Counted from the stretch's first letter, positions 1 to 9,452 are shown. The stretch is 64,000 nt of DNA from Candidatus Brevefilum sp. (GCA_035376985.1 DAOSSA010000004.1:24-64023); one strand, 5' to 3'. Numbers and translations are program-made. The notes: generated by a model not told the origin, from the sequence alone.

Positions 1-2
1 AC

Positions 3-239
3 GAAATTGCCCATGAGCTGATGCATAGAGATAAGGATAATTTTGAGAGTAGGGCAATAAAGGAATTAGAAGCGGAAAGTGTTGCTTATGTTGTCTGCAA
101 GCATTTTGGGTTCGAAAGCCTGAATAGCCCTAATTATCTGGCTTTCTTTGAGGTCTCCTCTAAAGAGCTGTTGTCTCACATGGATAAAATTATGAAAACT
201 GCGACCAGAATTATCACTGCGATAAAACCCGTGGCTTGA
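3..239 (+). CDS. 3' part of ArdC/ImmA-like zincin metallopeptidase-domain protein (5' end outside window)
   Basis: The frame is open from position 3: EIAHELMH (HExxH) followed by ELEAESVAYVVCKHFG...NYLA, the typical C-terminal motif of ArdC-type mobile-element proteins. Confidence 0.65.
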   Translation, partial: EIAHELMHRDKDNFESRAIKELEAESVAYVVCKHFGFESLNSPNYLAFFEVSSKELLSHMDKIMKTATRIITAIKPVA

Positions 240-411
240 CAATGTTATAATGGAGTTCTCCATGCGTGGTGAACTCCTATTAATATTTTTGTGCAATGGG
301 TAGTTAAATGAAGACAATCTTGATTTGTGAAATACCCCCTTCTGATATAATTCTTGTTGGTTTAATTAACTAATATTTCCTAATTTATAGAATTAACTAT
401 AATGAGGCATT

Positions 412-999
412 ATGATCTTTGACCTGCTAACTTCTGACAAGCTATTTGATGATGAATTGGAGAAAATTATTAATATCATTGATAATTATCTCAATAGATT
501 GATTAAAATAAAACCTGATGCGGTATTACGAGTTGAAATTGAAGAGGATAAAAATAAAAAGATATGGAAGGGTTATTTTGAGGAGCCCAAAGAACTGGGG
601 AAAGAGGATGTGGTTTATGGACGCATCGAAATTATTCCATTGTTTATTGATTGCGGTTTTCCACTGCAGGTCAAATTGTTCTGTAGTGAACCAAAATACC
701 TCACTTATTGGTCTGGTTTAGAAAATACCTTGTTGAAGAACCTCAATTTGTCTGATGGAAGCCCACCACTCACAAAAAAGCCATGGGATTTAATTCCTGA
801 CCATGCCGATGATCAGACAATCGTAAAATTGTGGCATAAGGGCTATAAAGCTGAAGAAATAGGCTACCGCATTGGAAAAGCTCGCCAAACGGTTTACAAT
901 CGTTTGGGGGAACTTCGAAAAAAGCATGGTGTGAAAATTATTCCTTATGGCAAAACGGTGAAGAACCTTAAAAAACCTCATATTTTTCATAAAAAGTAA
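412..999 (+). CDS. hypothetical protein with C-terminal helix-turn-helix (sigma70 r4/LuxR-like)
   Basis: 195 aa ORF; C-terminal IVKLWHKGYKAEEIGYRIGKARQTVYNRL is HTH-like. Confidence 0.55.
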   Translation: MIFDLLTSDKLFDDELEKIINIIDNYLNRLIKIKPDAVLRVEIEEDKNKKIWKGYFEEPKELGKEDVVYGRIEIIPLFIDCGFPLQVKLFCSEPKYLTYWSGLENTLLKNLNLSDGSPPLTKKPWDLIPDHADDQTIVKLWHKGYKAEEIGYRIGKARQTVYNRLGELRKKHGVKIIPYGKTVKNLKKPHIFHKK

Positions 1000-1084
1000 A
1001 TTCGGTAAATTGACAACGGTAAATTCTATAGATTATCATTGCGGTGTAATTTATTACACCGCTTTTTTATTAGATGAGGTTGGT

Positions 1085-1291
1085 ATGGTAAGACGAATTG
1101 ACGTGACACTCGAACAACATGAGTATTCTGCTTTACTAGAAATGGCAGTTGAAGATTTGCGCAATCCTTCTGACCAACTACGCCATATATTGCGAATGGA
1201 GATAGATAGACGAATGGATAAAATAGAACATCTCAATTTAGGGCAAGATGAAAATTCTGTAAAAAAGAAAAATGAAATTTCAAATGATTAA
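1085..1291 (+). CDS. small putative ribbon-helix-helix/CopG-like DNA-binding protein
   Basis: ATG at 1085 after GAGG; RRIDVTLEQHEYSALLEMAVEDLRNPSDQLRHIL fits a beta-alpha-alpha pattern. Confidence 0.45.
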   Translation: MVRRIDVTLEQHEYSALLEMAVEDLRNPSDQLRHILRMEIDRRMDKIEHLNLGQDENSVKKKNEISND

Positions 1292-1375
1292 ATTGGAAAT
1301 CAAAAAATTGCCGACTTTCTCCAGCCAAGGAATCTCATCGGCAATCTCAATAAACAGCCTACATAGGAGGCTCAT

Positions 1376-3531
1376 ATGAATTATAACACCAATTTACACA
1401 AAAATGAAGATCTCTTCAATGAGATAATTGAGAAATTGCGTCCTGAGCAAGGTCAATCTTGTAAATATCCTGATCATAAAGGTGAATATTGGGTACTTTG
1501 CCCATTTCATGACGATCAGGAGATTGGATCATTCTCGTTTAATACTGAAACATTTAATTGCTTTTCGTGTAACGCTCACGGAAGCCTTTCTGAACTCGGA
1601 AAAAAGTTGGGAATCAACAGCTATTCAAGAATAGAAAGAAAGCCATTTAATGGAATAACATTACAAGAATATTCCGAGGCTAAGAAACTGCCTCTGGATT
1701 TTTTACAGTCCATTCAGGTTTCCCAACGAAAACAGAACGATGTCCCCCAGGTGCACATGCCTTACTTTGATAAGAATGGTAATAAGGTTGGAAACCGTAA
1801 ACGGATATCTTTGGACGGATCACCCCGCTTTATTTGGTCAAAGGGAAGCAAGCCCACCCTCTATGGTCTATCATGGATAGATAAACCATTGCACGATTGC
1901 ATCAAAAATGGAGAGAATATCGACTTTATTATTCTAGTGGAGGGAGAAAGTGATGCTCAAACGCTTTGGTTTCATGATTTTCCAGCACTTGGTGTTCCCG
2001 GTGCAACAATGTGGAAGTCGGAATGGAAAGAATATTTAACCGGTAAAAAGGTATATGTCTGGCAAGAACCGGATGATGGAGGCACACAATTCGTACAGAG
2101 TATAGGTCAAGATATTCCAGAAATTTTGATTTTACGTCCCACTGATGGATTGAAGGATATCAGCGAATATCACGCTGCCGGAAGTAATGTTCCGGAATTA
2201 ATTCAAGCATTGCTGGAATCAGCAGAACCATATTCAAAAATCGTAAACGAAAGATACGTTGAAGAATCAAATGAGATAATCGGAAAGGCATCCCCCGTCT
2301 TTGAAAGTAATGTCTTAGATGAAGTTGTTAGATTATGTAGAGAATTAGGCGTTGTTGGTGAAGAAAGAAACATAAAACTACTTTATTTGGCATTGACATC
2401 AAGAATAACAGATAAGCCAATATCTATTGTTATAAAAGCTGCTTCGAGTGCTGGAAAGTCTTTCATTTTAAAACAGGTGCTAAGATTGTTTCCCCAATCC
2501 GCTTACTATGCGATTTCGTCGATGAGCGAGAAGGCGTTGTTTTATTCACAGGAATCCTTTGAACATCGATTCTTAATATTATTTGAGGAGGCAGGAATAT
2601 CCTCAGAATTCGTCGACTATATTGTTAGGTCACTGCTTAGCGAAGGTTACATAAAACACCTCACAGTTGAAAAAACCGAGTCTGGTATGCAAGACCGGCT
2701 TTTAGGAAAAGAAGGTCCAACAGGGTTCATTACAACGACCACAAAAATTAACTTACATCCAGAAAATGAAACTAGACTGTTATCAATTGATGTTACTGAT
2801 TCACCCGATCAAACAAAAAAAATAATGCTTAGGCATTTGCTACAAATGCTATGGGTAAAAAACCGATCTTGGATATACCAGATAGTATGGTTGCATTTCA
2901 ATTGTGGCTCGAGAGATTTGGAACCAAAGAAGTTATTATTCCATATGCAGAAATTCTCGCTGAAAACACGAATTCATCAGCTATTCGGATGCGTCGAGAT
3001 TTTTCTCTATTGATTAACTTGATAAGTATTCACGTAATAATTTATCAACATCAAAGGGAGAAAGATGAGAATGGCTTTATTATTGCTACGTTAGAGGATT
3101 ATCGAATTATCTATAATCTGACTTCAGATTCAATCAATCAGGCTGCTGAGGGCTCAATTAAACCTACAATTCGTCAGACTGTAAACGCCGTAAGGGAGTT
3201 ATTGCAGGAAGAAAGCAGTGATGAAACCGATCACTTAGGCGAAACAGAACAAAAACCTAAATGGGTTGATAACACCACCTTGGCCAAAAAACTTGGCTTG
3301 AGCACTTCTGCCACGAGTCGGAGGGTTGCAGAGGCTACTGCTTTGGGTTTTCTAGACAACCTGGAATCCAGAAATGGGAAGAGAAAAAGAATTATTCTGG
3401 GAAAAGCAGTTCCAGATGATGAATCTGTTCTTCCTACACCAGATGAGTTAGAAAATAAATGGTTAGCTCTTACCGAATTGCATGCAACAGTGCAACAGTC
3501 ACCAATATTTAGCGAGGACAATGATGAATAA
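1376..3531 (+). CDS. CHC2 zinc finger-Toprim primase fused to P-loop helicase and C-terminal winged helix, split by a -1 frameshift at about 2833-2863 (ORFs 1376-3013 and 2851-3531)
   Basis: CPFHDD...CFSC zinc finger; LVEGESDA and EPDDGG Toprim motifs; Walker A AASSAGKS and Walker B-like FEEAG; the second ORF continues in the -1 frame and ends in an HTH-like segment. Confidence 0.75.
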
Positions 3532-3739
3532 CGAAAATCTCAATTTTAACGGTACAGATATGCTACTTGACGCTCAGGACATTGCTGAGAGATTAAGGGT
3601 TAGCAAGCCTCAGGTTTATCTCATGATGCGCCGAGGTGATTTTCCAGTGGTCAAGATGGGGCGGCTGGTGCGTGCTCGCCAATCGGACATTGAAGAATTT
3701 ATTAATCGAAGCACGTTCTCAATGCGAAGTGGTCCTTAA
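3521..3739 (+). CDS. excisionase/AlpA-like HTH_17 DNA-binding protein
   Basis: LLDAQDIAERLRVSKPQVYLMMRRGDFPVVKMGRLVRARQSDIEEFI; lies directly upstream of the integrase. Confidence 0.8.
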   Translation: MMNNENLNFNGTDMLLDAQDIAERLRVSKPQVYLMMRRGDFPVVKMGRLVRARQSDIEEFINRSTFSMRSGP

Positions 3740-3840
3740 CAATGGGTAATCTCCCCAATGTTATTGGCCTTTTAGTGCTTTGTTTGTTGAGAAAAGAATA
3801 AAGCTAACAGTCAATATATTTTTAATTGAAAGGAGGAAAT

Positions 3841-5010
3841 ATGGCAAGAAAAAGTGGTCAAAATCAGGGTAGTGTCACAAAAAGAAAAAATGGATCTTAT
3901 ATGGTCCAGCTGACTGCAGATGGTAATAGGCTCACCAAGTACTTCAAGACTAAAAAAGAGGCTAATGCCTGGCGAATTGAAACACTGCAAAAAATCCAGA
4001 GCGGATTGTTTTATGCTGGTCCAAGATTGACCTTGTCAGAATATTTTGAGGAATGGCTGGTGGCGCGTAAGGACTCGATTAAACTGAAAACCCTTTACCA
4101 GTACCGACAAATTATCAAGCAACATATTAACCCTGTTCTTGGGAATATCAAGATCAATGAACTGCAGCCTGCAGAGATCCAGGCGTTGTATAATAAGAAA
4201 GTTGAGTCAGGCATTGGGGTGAGGACAGTGGGCTTAATCCATTCTGTCTTGCATTGTGCTTTAAACCATGCGCTTAGATTGGGGATTATTTTTCGCAATC
4301 CTTCTGATGCGGTGTATAAACCAAAAGCCCAAAAAAGAGAAATGGAAGTTCTTGATGAAAACCAGGCAAGGATGCTTCTTATTGCTGCGAAAGGGAAAAG
4401 ACATGAAGCCCTTTATAAACTTGCCATTACAACAGGTCTAAGAAAAGGGGAAATCCTTGGATTAAAATGGGGTGACCTGGATTGGGATACCCATCAACTT
4501 AATGTGCAACGTCAAATTCAAAGAGTGCCTCAAGAAGGCTTAGCCTATTCACAACCCAAAACCGCTGCTGGGCGTCGGATGATTATCTTAGGGTCGGATA
4601 CGATTTTGGCATTAAAGGATCACCAAAAAAGGCAGTGGGTTGAAAGAGAGTTTATGAGGGGTAAGTGGAAGGATCACGACCTGATATTTCCGTCTTCAAT
4701 CGGAACGCCTCTAAGTCAAAGCAACCTCAGTCGTGATTATAAACAACTATTACATGAAGCAAACCTACCGGATATTCGGTTTCATGACTTGCGGCATACA
4801 GCTGCTTCCTTGATGTTGAAACAGGGCATTTCTGTAAAGGTTGTTCAGGAGCGCCTTGGTCATAGTGATGCAGCCATGACCTTGAATGTTTACTCCCATG
4901 TGATCCCAGGTATGCAAAGGGAGGCAGCGGAGAAAATGGATGAAATAACCGCAGTGATTGATATCAGTGAGATGCTTGCTAAAGTGGAGAATCAAAATGG
5001 GTTGCAGTAA
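3841..5010 (+). CDS. int: tyrosine recombinase/integrase
   Basis: Catalytic motifs TGLRKGE, FHDLRH, LGHS and final Y (LNVYSH); N-terminal arm-binding domain; adjacent to a tRNA. Confidence 0.95.
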   Translation: MARKSGQNQGSVTKRKNGSYMVQLTADGNRLTKYFKTKKEANAWRIETLQKIQSGLFYAGPRLTLSEYFEEWLVARKDSIKLKTLYQYRQIIKQHINPVLGNIKINELQPAEIQALYNKKVESGIGVRTVGLIHSVLHCALNHALRLGIIFRNPSDAVYKPKAQKREMEVLDENQARMLLIAAKGKRHEALYKLAITTGLRKGEILGLKWGDLDWDTHQLNVQRQIQRVPQEGLAYSQPKTAAGRRMIILGSDTILALKDHQKRQWVEREFMRGKWKDHDLIFPSSIGTPLSQSNLSRDYKQLLHEANLPDIRFHDLRHTAASLMLKQGISVKVVQERLGHSDAAMTLNVYSHVIPGMQREAAEKMDEITAVIDISEMLAKVENQNGLQ

Positions 5011-5021
5011 GGTTGCAGTAA
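5000..5021. repeat. tandem 11-bp direct repeat GGTTGCAGTAA x2, probable integrase arm-type binding sites
   Basis: Exact repeat overlapping the int stop codon, about 80 bp from the tRNA end. Confidence 0.6.
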
Positions 5022-5099
5022 AAAAAGAGCCCTCATTCTATGAACACCCTTTTTACCCCTATATATGGGGATTTGCTTATCCTTTACCGCCATATCTAG

Positions 5100-5172
5100 C
5101 GCCCCCGGGGCGACTCGAACGCCCAACCAACTGATTCGAAGTCAGGTACTCTATCCATTGAGCTACGGGGGC
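5100..5172 (-). tRNA. tRNA-Arg, anticodon TCG (CCA not encoded)
   Basis: Reverse complement folds as a cloverleaf: acceptor GCCCCCG/CGGGGGC, D arm GCTC..GAGT, anticodon loop CTTCGAA, T arm GGGCG-TTCGAGT-CGCCC. Confidence 0.95.
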
Positions 5173-5346
5173 TAACAAGACTATTATACCGTAAAACTTA
5201 TCCAGGCGGGGCAATCATCTCGATGGAAGCGGTCGATTATTTGGTTTGTCTGTTTTACGATCACTCCCTGCGGTTTCTGTTTATGGTATTACCGCTTGTC
5301 GGAACGATCGTTGTCAACCTCAAGCTTTTTTGGACTTACGATATAT

Positions 5347-5420
5347 TGATATCACTCTTGACAAATCTTAAACATATGCTAAGATATCTTTAAGTAAATA
5401 TAAGTGCGATGCTGATATCT
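5347..5420 (+). promoter_or_regulatory. sigma70-type promoter (TTGACA 5358-5363; TGc-TAAGAT 5377-5385) overlapped by three GATATC palindromes
   Basis: TGATATCA 5347-5354, AAGATATCTT 5381-5390, TGATATCT 5413-5420. Confidence 0.5.
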
Positions 5421-5433
5421 TAATAAGGAAAGG

Positions 5434-6669
5434 ATGCAAACGATGACACACGTTCTTAACTTAACCAGAGATGACCCGGTGATTTATTTAAAAGCCTACG
5501 GTGGGGTACAGATCAAGGGGGTCGAGGGTATGGAAATCACCTGCAATATTGAATCACCCCAACTGGCAACCCTGGTAGAAGAAGACGGGAATGTTTATGT
5601 GACGGTCAATGCTTCCTGCCATTTAGAAGTACCGGTCAATTCATCGATCATAATTGAGCGCGCGATGGGATCTGCTTTGATAAAGCGTGTGAAAAATCCA
5701 ATCACTATTGATAAGGTGCTCGGCAATTTGGTCTTGATCGAGGTTGGACAGGCGGATGTGGACAAGGTCGGCGGCAACTTTTCAGCGCAGCATGTTGCGG
5801 GACACCTGCACATCAGCAAAATCGCTGGCCGGCTGACCGTCGATGACGCCCAATCTCTTGCGTGTGAGAAAGTGGGCGGCAACTGCGTCTTGCGTCAGAT
5901 CCACGCGGATGCCCTGGTAGACAAAGCCGGTGGGTCTTGCCTGGTTCAGAATATCGCAGGAGAAGCGCGCCTAGCAAATTTTGGCGGTTCGTTTAAGGCG
6001 CGCGGGATTAATTTGGGACATGGTGTGAAGGTCGGAGGCAGCATCGAGATTATTGAGTGCAAGTTTGTGCGTGATTTGCGATTGGCCGCTGGTGGAAATA
6101 TTGCCGTCGCGCTTAAAAAGGATCAGACAGACCTTTCACTCAACATCACCTCGGGCAGTGAAAAAATTAAGATTAAGGCTTTAGGTGAGGAGCTATCAAT
6201 TCGAGATTATGAATACCAGCAAAAATTTGGAGATGGCAACCTTTCCGTCGATCTTTCTGCTGGAGGATCGGTATCTATTGCAGAGGCCCCTGAGTCAGGC
6301 GAAGATTTTATCGGAGACCTTTCGGATCGATTCTCTTTCGAGGAATCGGCATTCAGCGAGATGATCCAGGAGCGGATTGAATCAGCCACCCGCCGGGCTG
6401 ACGCAAAAGTTAAAGCAGCCGAAATTCGTTTGGGACAAATTCAAGACCGGCTTGAAAAATTCCGTGGTTTTCCGATTGATATGGGCTTTGAAAATGAAGG
6501 CGTAGAGAAACCCGCGTCGGTACCCAAGCGACCTTCACCGCCTGTTACACGACCAGCAGGGAAAAAGGGCGCCACGGATGAAGAACGTTTGATGATCCTG
6601 AAAATGCTGCAAGAGGGCACAATCACAGTTGATGAAGCTGAAGCCCTCTTCAGGGCAATGGAAAAGTGA
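5434..6669 (+). CDS. DUF4097/YvlB-like beta-repeat protein with C-terminal SHOCT-like domain
   Basis: Repeated KVxGN/KxGGS beta-strand units; C-terminal EERLMILKMLQEGTITVDEAEALF. Confidence 0.6.
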   Translation: MQTMTHVLNLTRDDPVIYLKAYGGVQIKGVEGMEITCNIESPQLATLVEEDGNVYVTVNASCHLEVPVNSSIIIERAMGSALIKRVKNPITIDKVLGNLVLIEVGQADVDKVGGNFSAQHVAGHLHISKIAGRLTVDDAQSLACEKVGGNCVLRQIHADALVDKAGGSCLVQNIAGEARLANFGGSFKARGINLGHGVKVGGSIEIIECKFVRDLRLAAGGNIAVALKKDQTDLSLNITSGSEKIKIKALGEELSIRDYEYQQKFGDGNLSVDLSAGGSVSIAEAPESGEDFIGDLSDRFSFEESAFSEMIQERIESATRRADAKVKAAEIRLGQIQDRLEKFRGFPIDMGFENEGVEKPASVPKRPSPPVTRPAGKKGATDEERLMILKMLQEGTITVDEAEALFRAMEK

Positions 6670-6684
6670 GTGAGGATGTGAAAC

Positions 6685-7326
6685 ATGGATCAGGCTGAAA
6701 GAAAAATTCTGGATATGATTGAGCAAGGGGCGCTAACAGCTGAAGAAGGATTGCGGCTGATTGATGCGATGAATGTCAGCAATAGCGAAGACGATGATTT
6801 ATATAACCTTTCGCCGGAAGGGGTGACGGTTTCTGCTGATGACATCCTGGAACCCTCCGAACCCCGTATCTCTACTGAGGAACTGGAGCGAATGAAGCAG
6901 CTCAAGCGCTGGTGGGTTTTTCCCTTTGCGATAGGTCTGGTAATCACCACTCTGGGCGCCCTGTGGATGTTCGCAGGCTACAGCCGTTCTGGTTTTGGTT
7001 GGGGGTTTTGGCTTTCGTGGATACCATTTATCATTGGGATTTTCGTGTTGTCGCTTAGCTTTCAATCCAGTCGCAGCGTGTGGTTGCACGTGCGCATCAA
7101 ACAAAAGCGAGGTGAGTCACCGCCGCGCATTTCGATCAGCCTCCCGTTGCCACTTTCGCTGACGCAATGGCTCATTAACACCTTTGGCCACAAAATCCCG
7201 GGACTGGATGATCTGCCGCTGGGAGATATATCTGAGCTTCTTGATAGGATATCACCAGAAGAACCTTTTTATGTGCACGTCAACGATAAGGACAACGGAG
7301 AAATGGTAGAAGTATTTATCGGATAG
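6685..7326 (+). CDS. membrane protein with N-terminal SHOCT-like domain
   Basis: N-terminal ERKILDMIEQGALTAEEGLRLIDAM; two hydrophobic helices; 15 bp after the upstream gene. Confidence 0.6.
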   Translation: MDQAERKILDMIEQGALTAEEGLRLIDAMNVSNSEDDDLYNLSPEGVTVSADDILEPSEPRISTEELERMKQLKRWWVFPFAIGLVITTLGALWMFAGYSRSGFGWGFWLSWIPFIIGIFVLSLSFQSSRSVWLHVRIKQKRGESPPRISISLPLPLSLTQWLINTFGHKIPGLDDLPLGDISELLDRISPEEPFYVHVNDKDNGEMVEVFIG

Positions 7327-7390
7327 ACCAGTTTTAATCCGTTAGTGATGCCTCAATCAAATTGCTTACCCCGGGTGTTAATCACACGGA

Positions 7391-8869
7391 TTAGTTGTTG
7401 AAGAAGTTGTAGATCGCGCTGCTGATATTGGCAAATAAAATATTGACGGGGTCAAACACTGCCTGAACGGGGTGGTGGGCAAATATCGTTAAAACATAAT
7501 TACCGCCCGGCGAATAGATCAGCGCGGCATTCCCGTAGGTATGCACCAAGCCGTCGGTTTCTATTGCCCAGCCATGCTTATGGGCAATTCTGGTACCCGA
7601 AGGGACGCCAGCCTGGATCAATACGCCAATTTTGTTGAAAAGCATGATGTCGATCATCTGCTGGCATTTTCTTTGCGTGATCTCGTCAGGGAAGGCGGCA
7701 ATGAGTGATCCGCCCGCGCGCTCAGCACACAGGTAGATATCTTCCATTAACATTCCCATATCGGCTGCTGTGGTTTGGTTGTATCGGTCAGGTCGGGTGT
7801 CAACATCGGTGCGCTGGTTGGCTGGCGTTTCGAAGTCCTGCAATAAGGGCGCGCCAACATAAAAATGGCCAGCCCAAAAGGTGTTCTCCAAGCCTAGGCG
7901 ATGCATATCAGCAGTGACAATTAAAGGGGACAGGTTGGCGTCAATCACCATCATTGCGAGTTGATCAGTGCTGGTATTTTCAGATTGCTGGATCATCTCT
8001 TCCATCAGGGTAATTGCTTCCTCCGGATAAGGTTCTTCCATGGTGCGAAAGGCGGTGACCATCAGCGGAATTTTCACCAGGCTCCAGGATGAGAAAGCGA
8101 TATTGGGCACCAACTCTTCCCCATTACCCTGATGCGCGAGCAGCAGGTTACGGGTAGAGCCTAAATCCTGCATGTAGACTTCAACAACTCCATCGAAACC
8201 GGAGACCTCGATGATCTGTCGGACCATGACTTCTAAATCCGGTAAGGATGGCCTGGGAATGGATGTTTGGTTCAGGGCGAGATTGACCCGCCGGCTGGTT
8301 GGCGATTTAAGAGCATCAAGAGTCTGAAGTGTTGCCCGGTCGATATCGAGGTTGGTGCCAGAAATACCTTCGGCGAATTGAGCAGTACCAGCTATGGGCA
8401 TCGGGGGAATGGCTGGCGCATCATACCGCGCGCTGATCTCTGTGATCAAATAATCCCGTATACGTTTTTCCTCATAAGATGCACTGAGGGGAACCTTGAT
8501 AACTTTTATCTCCCTTTGCCAGAGGAAATTCCAAAAGCCTGCCCAGAAGGGTTCGGTCACGCGCTGGTTGTCAGCAACAGCCAGCATGTGATCGACCTGC
8601 GGCTCAAACCCCAAAACCGCCGGGCGGATTTGGATTGGGTGGCCATCATAGATGATTTCGATAGGTGAGCGATAAACCAAGTAAAGCCGTTCTGCAGCCT
8701 GGGCATAATTCAACCCGCCAATTGGAACATCGCCGACCTGCATGCCCTGAGGGAAATTATTTCGTAAACGACTGTATTCAACCAGTTGAATCGTCGCCAG
8801 AATCAGGGTGAGGAAACTGATCAGGATGGCAGCCCAACGAAAAAGGGGAAAGCGGTGTCTTTGCTTCAT
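7391..8869 (-). CDS. membrane-anchored serine hydrolase (class A beta-lactamase/PBP-like fold) with N-terminal peptidoglycan-binding-like region
   Basis: N-terminal TM helix; SxxK (SLVK), SxN (SEN) and KHG motifs in class A order. Confidence 0.75.
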   Translation of the reverse strand: MKQRHRFPLFRWAAILISFLTLILATIQLVEYSRLRNNFPQGMQVGDVPIGGLNYAQAAERLYLVYRSPIEIIYDGHPIQIRPAVLGFEPQVDHMLAVADNQRVTEPFWAGFWNFLWQREIKVIKVPLSASYEEKRIRDYLITEISARYDAPAIPPMPIAGTAQFAEGISGTNLDIDRATLQTLDALKSPTSRRVNLALNQTSIPRPSLPDLEVMVRQIIEVSGFDGVVEVYMQDLGSTRNLLLAHQGNGEELVPNIAFSSWSLVKIPLMVTAFRTMEEPYPEEAITLMEEMIQQSENTSTDQLAMMVIDANLSPLIVTADMHRLGLENTFWAGHFYVGAPLLQDFETPANQRTDVDTRPDRYNQTTAADMGMLMEDIYLCAERAGGSLIAAFPDEITQRKCQQMIDIMLFNKIGVLIQAGVPSGTRIAHKHGWAIETDGLVHTYGNAALIYSPGGNYVLTIFAHHPVQAVFDPVNILFANISSAIYNFFNN

Positions 8870-8981
8870 TTAGATTATTGTACTTAATTCGGATCGTTTT
8901 TTACAGAGCCAATCCGTCGCTTCACAGCTTGCCTGATCGGTGAAGACAAGAAAGGATGATAATCAGTGGGCGGTGACCAAT

Positions 8982-9452
8982 TTACAGGTCAGGTGTCATC
9001 GTTTCCAACACTGCCAGGGGTTCAAGGTTGTCGGGTTCTTCGATGAGGGAGTCTGCGTAGTGTGTAAATGCGATTTTCCCGCCTCTTCCGATCAGGATGA
9101 CCGTGGGTGTGCCCAGCGAGAAAAATTTTTGTTCCTGGAAATACATTTTTGCAACCCGTGAGCCCTTGTCGCTCAGGATGGTGTAGGGGGTCGGGTGTTT
9201 GGCAAGGTACCGGTTGATCATAACGGGCCCATTCGGTACCACAACCAAAATTTTTGTGTTTAGGCCAGCAAACTGTTCGTGATCATGGCGCAACTGCGCC
9301 ATATGGTTGGTGCAGTGTGGTCAGGCAAAGCCGATGTTGAAGACGAGCAAAACATGCTGGTCCTGGTACAGGTTTGAGAGGGTGATCGATCTTCCTTCGT
9401 GATCGGGAAGAGAAAAATCGGGGGCCTGGTCTCCAGGGGTGAGTTTTTCCAA
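8982..9452 (-). CDS. peroxiredoxin-like AhpC/TSA selenoprotein (UxxC), in-frame UGA at 9321-9323 read as Sec44
   Basis: TTG start at 9452 after GAGG gives LEKLTPGDQAPDFSLPDHEGRSITLSNLYQDQHVLLVFNIGFA-UGA-PHC, continuing in frame into ORF 8982-9302; downstream SECIS-like hairpin. Confidence 0.9.
9285..9302 (-). promoter_or_regulatory. bacterial SECIS-like hairpin
   Basis: mRNA AUGGCGC-AGUU-GCGCCAU: perfect 7-bp stem, G-containing 4-nt loop, starting 18 nt after the UGA. Confidence 0.75.

Larger units (their letters stand above)
1..5100 (+). mobile_element. right end of an integrative element (phage satellite/IME-like) inserted at the tRNA-Arg(UCG) 3' end
   Basis: AT-rich block containing int, xis, primase-helicase and an ArdC-like gene, ending at the tRNA 3' end; the other att site lies outside the window. 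Confidence 0.8.

Noticed and set aside
2815-2832. A8 run (A AAA AAA) as the productive frameshift site of the primase-helicase
   Set aside because: A -1 slip there reaches TAG at 2830-2832 within a few codons, so it cannot produce the full-length fusion.
7391-8869. Functional class A beta-lactamase resistance gene
   Set aside because: Membrane anchor, long N-terminal extension and SEN/KHG variants fit a cell-wall PBP-like hydrolase; resistance cannot be supported from sequence.
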